From: Azolla caroliniana
Lineage: Eukaryota; Plantae; Polypodiophyta
Length of the DNA stretch: 21,105 nucleotides
Direction of reading: 5' to 3'
Assembly (NCBI GenBank): GCA_043228905.1
Contig: JBHGNT010000543.1
Location: 1 to 21,105, forward strand
Shown in pieces: positions 1 to 9,900 of this stretch. Made by a program: the position numbers and the translations under genes. Numbering within the stretch: the stretch's first letter is position 1; every line of letters starts with the position of its first letter. The notes below the pieces were generated by a model, which had not been told where the DNA came from, ran no database searches, and saw nothing but the letters and a program-made list of their open reading frames with translations.

Positions 1-2400
1 AGAGGTCTGCAGATGCCCTATCACACTGCACTGGGCATGGGATAGATGTATTTTCCATATAAGAGGGCCTGATGATAAATCCATCCTCTGATGTGTGTAA
101 AAGGTGTGCCTTATAATTGGACCAAGAGATGCAGTGGGCCTGATCCATGTTCTTCGGTTATCCAATTTGATAGTATTGGTTTGCTTCACTCTAGTCTTTG
201 CTTTGGTCATGTTTAGATGGGGACAATCCAAGCTATATTGGAATGTTGCAGTGCATTAATGTTATGCCATGTGATTTGATCCATTGTTGCGTTTCAGCAT
301 ACTAACAACGATTATCTTCATGTTTAGCAGTTGCTTTGATGTAAGTGTCAACCTTGAGTATCTTTGTTTAGACCAAGGCCGTTGTATACTGGTCACTGAT
401 GAGAATAATGTCGCGGTGATTGTTGGGGCTGCCCTCATCTCCACCCAAATTATGCCATGGGGCATTGATGTTTTGTTCCTTATCATGCGACCAATCATTG
501 AGACGAAAGTCTTTCCAGTTATTTGCCTTGTTAAGATTCACTTCTTAAGTTTTTACCCTGTAGAGAAGAGTCAGTGGGGCAAATGTATCGAATAGATGCA
601 ATTTAGGTAGTGGCTCGCGGAATTATATGTGTGCACATTGTCTTTCAAGGGTACCAATGGCTGGATATCCATGAGAAAGTTGAGGCACTGGTAGCTTCCC
701 ATCAGTAGAACTAAAGCCCTATGAATGTTCCTCCTAGTTATGTGTAGATTGTGTGTATGCCACCTCACCCCCAAATGGACTCTGGTTCTGATCTTGTTAC
801 TCATTCTTGAGTGGTGTTAAACACCATCACTTTAGTTTTATCTAGGTTTACCGTTAAACCTTTGTCCCTACAAAATTATTTGAACTCATTTAAATGCCTT
901 TAAGTCCATCAGCAAATATCATCAGCATATAGTAATACTTGTATGCCTATACCTGCTCGGCATATTTCCAAACCACTAAATCTTTCTATGTAATGTAATA
1001 CCTTATTTATATAGAGAATATCTTAGCTTTGTCTGTACAAAATTATTTAAAGGAGTTTTGTAGTTCCTCTGGGGAGTTGGATGTCACTAAAATATCAACA
1101 ACATATGCTAATACTTGTACGGCTATACCTGCTAGGCATGCTTCCGAACCACCGAATCTCTCTATGTAATGCAATACCTCATCTATATGGAGACTGAAGA
1201 GTGGGCAATAGTGGGGATCCTTGTTTTACTCCAATTGTGCTAGCCAAAGCCTCCGACAACCCATTAGGAGATCACACTTCTCTGACACTGAATCATAGTC
1301 CATAGATTCCCCATTCCCCATTGCATTTCTACAGGGACACCAAGTGCTTCTAGCCGCTGCATGAGTTGAGTGTGTCGTAGAGTGTTGAAGGCTTTTTGGA
1401 AATCCTCAAAGCAGCAATAAATCTTTTTGTGTGGACGTTTTCCTCCTTGATAAGGGCTCAGAGGTTCAATATATGATCCAAACTTTTGAACCCCTTTCAA
1501 AAGCTTGCTTGTCCAGCTGAATGGTAACCATTCTTCTCCGCCTATATACTCAATTTCGACTCTAGGATTGAGCCATATAGTTTAACCAAGTAATGGTTAA
1601 TAGTGATTGTCCTATAATTAATTGCTCGGCATCATGGGGTCTCCGCTCTTGGAGATTAGCACAATGGTATGTTCTGTCCAGGTAGTAGGGAAACTTTCAC
1701 ACATAGCTCTATTAAATATGTGTGCTGGCAAACGCAGCAAGGTTTCACAGACAGAGATAAGTGTTCACCAACCAATCCATCATGATCTTGAGTCCTCCCA
1801 AGTTGTAACTGAGGAATGGCGTTCCTTACATTTTCTAGAGTAAAAAAGGTTGATTCACATGGGCATGAGCTATGTGGGTAGGGGAGTAGGAGAACTCCTG
1901 GAATATCATAGAGCACCTGCATATTCACACTACACCAGAGGTGAGATCAATCGTGTTATCAGTTGCCTCTTATTATACATTTTCCGTGCTCTTTTACTTT
2001 GTTGTCCTAGTAACAAGCAGTGCATGTGTGCTTCAAATTTAGCCAAATATGATCTCTTCTTCTTCCTCTCAAGCCGTTGGAAGGTTGTTCTTGATTATTT
2101 GTGCGTTCAAATGCCCTATCTTACTTCGTGTTGCAAGCATCTCCTTGTATGTATCATGGCATTCCTAATCATACCAACTATTTGTATCACTCTACTAGGT
2201 TTGGGTTTGGGTGCATTGTCTGTTCTGTGAGGAAAGGCATTTGTGGGTGCTTTACACAATTGACTTCGACAATCCTGGTGTGACTTCCTTTTTTTCTACC
2301 ATAATTTTTAAAGTCAAACATAGTTGTATGTTCATCCTTGGTTTGTGCACTAAAGTCTCCTAATAGTACTATATCCCCCATAGTAGCAAAAATCTGAGAG
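1..2400 (-). mobile_element. Degenerate non-LTR retrotransposon (LINE) ORF2: AP-endonuclease remnant, reverse transcriptase and C-terminal region; runs off the left window edge
   Basis: Minus-strand motifs in the expected order: IVLLGDFSAQT (APE, ~2345-2375), IYCCFEDFQKAFNT (RT, ~1380-1425), TIGVKQGSPLLPTL (~1197-1238), LLYADDI (915-935), TKVMVF (~820-837). Many stops and frameshifts. Bases 15-210 align with 17030-17238. Confidence 0.9.
860..1193. repeat. Diverged tandem duplication of the RT core within the LINE (about 860-1017 and 1028-1193)
   Basis: aatatcatcagcatatagtaatacttgtatgcctatacctgctcggcat... at 915 versus aatatcaacaacatatgctaatacttgtacggctatacctgctaggcat... at 1091. Confidence 0.85.
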
Positions 2401-2469
2401 GAAGAGAGAGAGCTCTATTAAATGGGCATGGCTTTTATCTGTGTTGTTAACAGTTTGTCCGAAGGATTA

Positions 2470-2797
2470 AGTAATAAAGCAAGGAAACAAATGCTCCGTA
2501 GCAACAAAGGAGTTGCAAAGCCCCAACTTGAAAGGGGCACAAAAGAATCACTTGATCTGGGCTACTTATGTATCTAACCAAAGGCCTAGCCAAGTGTTCT
2601 TGGAACAGAGTCATCTTGGGTTCATCAACCAAAGAGAGCTATGGAAAATGTAATGGGTTTTGCCATATTGTAGTTTTATGAACTTATAAATCTGTTTAAT
2701 TTCCTTGTGTATGATTTTTCTCATTTGTAAGAGCTTTGCTACCCAGACATTTTTTTTGGAAAGAAAGAAGAATAGAAGGCTCTACTTATCGAAAAAG
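2470..2797 (+). mobile_element. Possible 3' end of a plant L1-like LINE
   Basis: T-rich 3'-UTR-like stretch ending ctacttatcgaaaaa, resembling plant L1 3' termini (CTTATC + A tail). No coding motif was found. Confidence 0.3.
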
Positions 2798-2849
2798 TTT
2801 CCAATTTGCTAGTTCACTTTAAAACACTGAATGCGCCTTAAAAAACTAG

Positions 2850-3800
2850 TGTTTCATGAGATTTATTAGAACCTTCGGAAGTGGAATGCAGGTGTTTAGA
2901 AAAGTTGAGTTTGGATTTTCTTCAATGGAAGTATGTTTTATGACATTGTAACGTATCACAATGTAAAGAACCAGATTAGAAGATCTTTCAACATGTAAAA
3001 TGTTGTGGTCAAGTAGTGGCGATTTTGCAATACATGCAAACTTTTTCATGTACTAGAAGTGCAACTGACAAACCTATTTTAGGATGATTGTGACTTTCCC
3101 AAACAATGAAATAAGAGAGACTCACCAATTTGAAGAGGTTGAAAACAGATGAAGAATACAATGCAAGAGGCCCACAATGTGTGATGAGTAGGGTTACGAA
3201 TGACAATGTAAGGTTCTTCTATTTGTACGTATACCCCTCCGATTTAATCTATTGTGAAGAAGGATCTAATTCATAGCCACGGATGATTATTGTATGTAAA
3301 AACCAACATTACAATATTGTTGCCCGCCCTACATAGGTAGAAGGAACATGCCTTTATGCCATAAAACAATCAACCACGTGATGAAACAATCTCCACATGC
3401 TCTAGCATCCATAGTTACCACATAAGTATGCCTTTTAACTTCGTAATGTATACATTTACTCTATGTCAGCTCTCAAACATGAAAGTATTATACAAATTTC
3501 CCTTACCTCGTTTGTTATATCATCCCAACCAAGACTTTCCCCATTTGGAAGGTGAAACAAAACCTCTTCTTCTTGAAAAACATCATCCAACTCCTTAAAA
3601 ATAGCATCACTTCTAGTAGTATTATAAAAACAACAATGGCACCTCATAATTAATAATCCACTTTGAATAATCAATAGTAATCCACTTTGCATCATCATTA
3701 ATAATCAACTTTGGTCCCATCAATTCCTTCAAAAAAATTAATGCAAATTTCAATGACTTTTACGGTATCGATAAGAACCACACTTCATTTAACTCGCAGT
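2850..3800 (-). mobile_element. Possible decayed DNA-transposon (hAT-like) coding remnant
   Basis: Broken minus-strand frames; FACIAK...VERSSN loosely resembles the hAT dimerisation motif. Weak. Confidence 0.25.
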
Positions 3801-4633
3801 TAACTTGCACCACATAATTAGATGGAGGCATATGCTGGTCATAACGCTCGATCGTAACCCTAAAATCATGCTTCTAAAACCATTACATTCATTTGTGGTG
3901 TAAAGACAACCAAAATATAGGTATCAAATTAAGAATGTGACGATAAAAGAGGCTTAAATTGCAAAGAGGTCCTTTCAAGCAAAGATATGTACATATGTAT
4001 CATATGTGTTTTGAGCTTAAAACATTAGCAAAAATTATTAGGTGACATCCACATCTTGTTCAATTGACATTTTAAGACACTCGAGCAAAAATGATTTATC
4101 ATACGTCTCATGCATTCTATCTTAGCTACTCCAAAATTGCTTGTATTATATATATTGAAAGGTAAACCTAGGGTCATCTAGAATCCATTAGAGAGAATTG
4201 TGAAGTGGATTGTGATGCATCGACAAACCATGACAACACATTGATAGAATATTATACATGGACAACCATACCTCAATGCATTGACTACAATAGTTAGGGG
4301 CATAAATTCCAACTAATCATATCACCACATCAAAATATTTGATTTCTACCAACAAAATCATTTGTATAGATCGTTTATAAACAATTCATGAACAAAACTT
4401 ACCTTGAATAATTATATGACAACAGAATAGTGATGAGATAGTCGACTAACATAATATGTTGAATATCCCCTCAAATGTATAATGAATCCTACCAAATCAT
4501 GTCACTTATGGTGCAACCACACATCTATTGCATTTCTTACTAAATATAGTTTGCCATAAGATGTATTTCTTATGAGAACAAGCCCCTCTCACATTCCAAT
4601 ATATCTACATTTAGTCAAATAATTTGTGTGAGG

Positions 4634-4936
4634 TCAAACCAAAATATTACCCATTTGAACCGTTAAATATAGTAATAGTGACCACAATAATGATTGTCTA
4701 CAATCACCCATATTGAAAATTATTGCACCATCGGAGACCATTGCATCACTTGTACTAGTTTCTTTAAAAATGAGTATCTTCGCTAATAGTGTAGGTAAAT
4801 GTTTTGATGAATAGAGAAGTACATCATAAAACCCTCTATGACCCACATGTACATGCTTTTGACAACTAGGCACTAAAATATCATTCAACCATTGCTTGTG
4901 CCACGGAACTAAAGTAAGTTTAATGGTGAAAAACAA
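4634..4936 (-). mobile_element. Possible decayed L1 ORF1 (DUF4283-like) remnant
   Basis: KQWLNDIL...HVGHRGFYDVLL resembles the W...GxGFFxVxF pattern of plant L1 ORF1. Weak. Confidence 0.3.
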
Positions 4937-5220
4937 TATAACAACATGGTCTTAGAATACCTTGTTCGACTTTAACTACGAGTTAGTTTCCATTTGTGCA
5001 TCCATACCATGCTCGTTGGCACAATGCTTGGCATCATCCTCATTTTGTTTCACAAATGAGAAAGTATAGCATTCACAATATCACAATACCACAATGTTGA
5101 TCCCAATCAACAAAATCATGTTTATATCAGTTCCATCTATCCCATGTACAACCACAACATATGGTATCTTCTCATGATCCATAACCTGATTAAATTTTTT
5201 GGCTGTTTAATACTTCAGAC

Positions 5221-5261
<41 letters not shown>
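5221..5261. repeat. Compound microsatellite (TC)11(AC)9
   Basis: Read directly. Confidence 0.97.
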
Positions 5262-5563
5262 TCTAACTATAGTAATTAAAGTAGTTCTTATTGGAATGTT
5301 TCAGTTTGTACTTCAAGATGTGAGATTTTTCCATATAACTTTGGAAAGTACCAAGCTTGGAAAAAAAAAGAATAAAAATAAGCTACAAACAAGTCCAAGA
5401 ATACTCATAAACATAGAATGGATGAAAAAGTTATGCCAACCTCTCTCTTTGCTGGCTTGATGATTTACATGAGCATCGAAGTAAAAAATTTGGAGCCCAA
5501 GTTTAATCCTCCTCAACCATGGGCTAGGTCCTATCTCATAGATCCCAATCAGTCTCCTATGTA

Positions 5564-5570
<7 letters not shown>

Positions 5571-5615
<45 letters not shown>
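5571..5615. repeat. Microsatellite (TC)22
   Basis: Read directly. Confidence 0.97.
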
Positions 5616-5620
<5 letters not shown>

Positions 5621-6103
5621 AAATCCATTACCCCAAGAATGTAGGGGTACAATGTTAAGACTTTTTAAAACTAAAGGTGAACTTGAGGGTATCTCGAAAA
5701 TTTTGAAGAAAACAAGTGAAGGGTGTTTGTGGTAAGATGAGAGGGGGAAATGTAGGGACAATCTCGAAATTAGAAAACAAGAACAAAAAAAAAGAGCGGG
5801 TCAACGACGGAAAACTCAAGCAAAAAGCCGAGTGGTATAAATGTAGGGGTTATTAAGTGGTTAAAATTTAAAAAGACAAACGAGGAGGTACCACAAAGCT
5901 TTCAATTCTTATGAGAGATTAGTAAAAATAAGTATTTGAGGTAGGTCTTCATAGAGTATGGGTTAGTGTTGAAGCTTGGTTTAAAACCAACGATAAATGT
6001 AGGGGTATACCGAGTAATTAAAAGGACCTGATGGAGATGTACTACTCCATATGTTCAGTAAAAGACAGACTGTCACCTTTTCTTTTCTCTTTGTGAAGGA
6101 AAA

Positions 6104-6514
6104 TAACAATCGGCAACGGTTTGGTTCGAGAGGGTCCAAACTGAACCGTTAAAATTTTTTGAAACCTAAACCGAACTGAACCTAACCATTAAAATTTTCT
6201 CAAACCGTTAAGCCATTAAACCGGTAAAACCGCAGTTTCGTGGTTCGGTTTCGGTTTTCAGCGTAGGTCAAATTTTAAAATTTAAAATATTTCATTATTT
6301 AAATTATTTTAAATTTAAAGATTTTCCTAAAATGTGAGAATAAGGCATGAAAATGAAAAGATTGTTTAAAAACATTTTTTTTAAAAAAAATTTAAAAATA
6401 AAATAAAATAAAAAACCTGTTAAACCGTGGTTTCTAACGGTTGAAACCGAGCCGTTTAAACTGTTAAGCCGCAGTTTCGCGGTTCGGTTTGGGGTTCACC
6501 GTTGCCGATTGTTA
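6104..6514. mobile_element. MITE-like non-autonomous DNA element with perfect terminal inverted repeats
   Basis: TAACAATCGGCAACGGT (6104-6120) and ACCGTTGCCGATTGTTA (6498-6514) form a perfect 17-bp inverted repeat, with the outer TA a possible target-site duplication. Clustered subterminal AACCG/CGGTT motifs lie at both ends around an AT-rich core. Confidence 0.85.
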
Positions 6515-6726
6515 AACGAAAGGGAACTTACAACTTACAAGCATAGTGGCTCTTTATTTTTATAAGCAGGGGGGGTATTCTTGTAATTTTGGGAAACCGA
6601 AAAACCAAGCCAAAATAAAATAAGGGGGTGGTTTTGGTCCTTAAAGCCAGCAGGGGTATCTCTGTAATTATGGAAATCTGTTTTTGGGAAGGCGAAGGGA
6701 AGGGAAGGGGGCCTCGACAGGAGGTC

Positions 6727-6830
6727 TAGAGAGAGAAAAGAAGTTCTAGAGAGAGACAGAGACAGAGAGAGACACACAGACACAGAGACGGAGAAAGGAA
6801 GAAAAAGGACAGAAGAGAGAGGAAAGAGAC

Positions 6831-6876
<46 letters not shown>
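6727..6876 (+). promoter_or_regulatory. GA-rich 5'UTR/proximal promoter ending in (GA)20 (6837-6876); candidate BBR/BPC GAGA element
   Basis: Purine-rich tract ending 4 nt before the PTEN ATG; GAGA repeats near plant transcription starts are known BBR/BPC binding sites. Confidence 0.7.
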
Positions 6877-6879
<3 letters not shown>

Positions 6880-6880
6880 C

Positions 6881-6998
6881 ATGGGCTCGTCTTGGTTAGA
6901 TACGGCGCCTCTAGTTCGTGCAAAATGCTTCCTTAGAGAGATCGTCTCGAAGGAGAAACTTCGCTACACACAGCATGGATTCAACCTCGACCTCAGCT
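6881..6998 (+). CDS. PTEN: PTEN exon 1 (MGSSWLD...REIVSKEKLRYTQHGFNLDLS; PIP2-binding-motif region)
   Basis: ATG directly follows (GA)20-AGAC; 118 nt; donor T|GTAAGT at 6999, phase 1. Similar to human [21 protein letters not shown]. Confidence 0.93.
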
Positions 6999-9900
6999 GT
7001 AAGTTTCTATAGCCTCTCTTTTGCGCTTTAATGCACATCGTACTTAATTGGGTTTTTGGTAGGAATAAAAATGGTCATTTCCATGGGAATGACCTTATCT
7101 TGTTTTCATGTTGTTATTTTGGTGGGATTTTATCATTTATTTTGATTTTGTTCTGCCTAGACTCTGATATTTTTGTTTTTGCTTTGGTGGTAAGAGAGTT
7201 CTTTTTCTTTTGTTCTGGTGGAGATAGTACATTTTTGTTTGTTTATCTCTGTGATTTATATAGATAATTTTGTTTTTTCTTTGGTGGATTATTATTATTA
7301 TTATTATTATTTTCTTCAGGGGAAAATGCTTGTGGGTTTCTGTTTTGCTGGAAATATATATATATATTTTCTTTTTTGCAATTATATTGCGCTTTTTTTA
7401 AATGAAATATCCGGGTCCTTAGCTGCGAAATCCATCTCATTATGCTAAGAAAAGGAATAAACGAATGTCATAGGTCGTTTGGGTGCAGAATAGTAAGAGC
7501 AAAATTTGGGTCAGAAGTGGGCATGCCAAACTAATAGCCCTGTCATACAGTGGTATAAAAAGCATAGTCTTGATATTAAAGGAAAACAAGGATTCATCAG
7601 ATTGTTAAAAAAGAACGAAAGAATAATACATGCCATTCATCTTTAATTAAATACTTCGCTGCATTTATTGGAGGTAATAATCCAATATATGCGATTTCTT
7701 TCTATGTGGTAGTCCATAGTAATCTTCTTAAGGTTACATGGTATTGTCTGTGGTTTGAAATGCCATTAAATCAACGGAAATTCATATGTTGTTATGTTAC
7801 ATAATGTTACCAGTGGGAAAAGATTAAATTATCCCATGAAACCAATCACCCAATAAAGGAAGTCAATAACCCCAAAAAGTCTTTGACTGTACGAGCAAGA
7901 AATGTTAATCAGAGGTAATGAGTGGTTCACTGTAATATGCTGGATGTCTGTGGCCAGTTCCACAACAGATGAATCATAAACTTGCATAAGGGCTCCTTCA
8001 TTGAAGATCAACAGAAAAATACGCCTCCTCATCCCTTATCTGTTTCCTCAGCAAGACTACAACTTTTAATAGCTATGATAGTTTCAAGATACTAAAATGT
8101 GCATAGTAAAAACATGGCAATTTTTTTATTTGTAACCGGGAATCTTGAGCTTGGTAAATGCTCGTTTTTGCTTCTTTGAAAGTTTTTGTTCTACAAGGTC
8201 AACTTTCAAAATAATGTATTCAAATTATGCAATGTTATTGGATATGCGGCATTGTACGTAGTTGCATCTGCTATTTGAGTCTTTCTCCTCTTGAAGAATG
8301 AATATTTAAAGGATAATTGTTGAATACAGACTTTGTTTCGATAAATTCTAACATCTCTTGAGTTCTGTATGAAATAGATATAACGCCCCGTATTATAGCA
8401 ATGGGATGTCCTTCTGAAGGCACAGAAGGAATTTATCGAAATGCAATGCCCGAAGTCTCAAACTTCTTAAAAAAGTTTCATGAAAATCGATTCAAAGTTT
8501 TTAACTTGTAAGGCGTATTTTTTTTACCTGAACCTAGTTTGACATAAAAACTACACTCAATTTAATTCTAGATATGTTTATACCTATTAAATACTGCTGG
8601 ACTTTTGAGTGTAGTTTAGGCAGTCAGCCGGGTGCTAAGATTGACTCTGACAGTTGAAGCAAATGATGACATGAGGGCAACCAATTGAATAGGCAGTGAT
8701 AGGAATGGCAAACACACTCAGGCAATCTGATTAAGAATCACACAATGAACAATGCTCAACACACATACTAATGACCGGAGAATAAAAAAAGAAGAAGAGT
8801 CTTATTTAAAAGGAAATTTTAGAGGTAGAAGATATAAATCTAGAAGTAATAGCACAATTCACTGTTCTCGCATTAGTGGCTGCATTGGAACCACTGTAAT
8901 TACTTTGTCAGTCACCTGGAAGAGCAAGTTATAACTCTATTGCAGCAAATGAAATTATTTCTCTCCCAGGGCTGAGCTGCATAGACTGATTTTCAATCAG
9001 GGTTTAGATTCTTTATCGTGGAGAAAGATCATTTCCTTTTTGATTTCGCTCTTTGTAACAAAGGACATTTCCCAATTCTGATGATCCTTTTAAAAACAGA
9101 AATGTAATGATAATCTCTTATACGAGATTATGATAGAATCAATCCAGGTTAAGCATACATTCCTATGATGAAACTGCTAGACATGCTGCTTTCAGAATCT
9201 AGAGCATGTCAGTTCGAATCCAAGTAGCACTATTCTGGTCTGTGCCCCTGTCTCCAGCAAAGATGTGTTTCAGGAATGTTTAACTGGGTTTGCTCTTCCC
9301 TTCCCTTATATCATGGTATCGAACCTCCTTGATAGCCTTTCCTTCCAGCAGAATTGAGTATCAAATCTATTATTCAGTAAATTATTTATTTGGATAAGAT
9401 TTTTAGGGATAATTATGTAATATAATAAAGTAAGAATGACAAAGGAAGTAATGAACTATATCAGTGATGCACTGTCATATTATGTCTCTGTCTTTCTTTC
9501 CTTTGAAGACTATTACAAAATATTTTATATAGAGGAAGAGAAAGAAAGAAAGAAAGATATATTAACGTCTTTTAAGAGGCCAAAATAGCCGATAAGACCA
9601 AATAAGAGATTACATCTTAAGTGTTGTATCGTCTTTGAGAACAAATCAAAATAAAATAATATTACACAGTAAATATAAAAGTAAATAAGATGAAAAGAAA
9701 AGAAACGAGCGAATCTGGTTTTTGGTACATGTGAGATTCTCAAGTTAGGTATATTGTAGCTTTTGTCTTCGAAAGATCTCTAGCATAGGTCGATCCAGAA
9801 TGGAAATGTCTCCGAAGTGAGGGAAGCACCTACGGTGGCGGGAGATAATGGCTTTTATCTGTCGATGACAAGGGTGTCGAGAACGGTCCATGGGGCCGGG

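Noticed and set aside
284-2283. Plus-strand ORFs (284-595, 1622-1843, 1850-2230, 2101-2283)
   Set aside because: Antisense shadows of the decayed LINE ORF2.
5549-5761. ORFs with ERERER or SLSLSL runs (also 5418-5621, 6535-6882, 6726-6923)
   Set aside because: Translations of (GA/TC)n microsatellites.
6670-6729. 19-codon upstream ORF
   Set aside because: Probably upstream of or at the transcription start; no evidence it is transcribed.
5620-6880. Upstream voltage-sensor exons (TPTE/VSP-type protein)
   Set aside because: No transmembrane or S4-like exon seen; in-frame TAA at 6665 and a UTR-like GA tract precede the ATG.
7031-7448. Hydrophobic, poly-Tyr and poly-Asn ORFs
   Set aside because: T-rich intron 1 sequence and the (ATT)8 repeat.
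9147-9230. B-box-like GTTCGAATCC (9212-9221) suggesting a tRNA or SINE
   Set aside because: No cloverleaf, convincing A-box or tail; at most a decayed relic.
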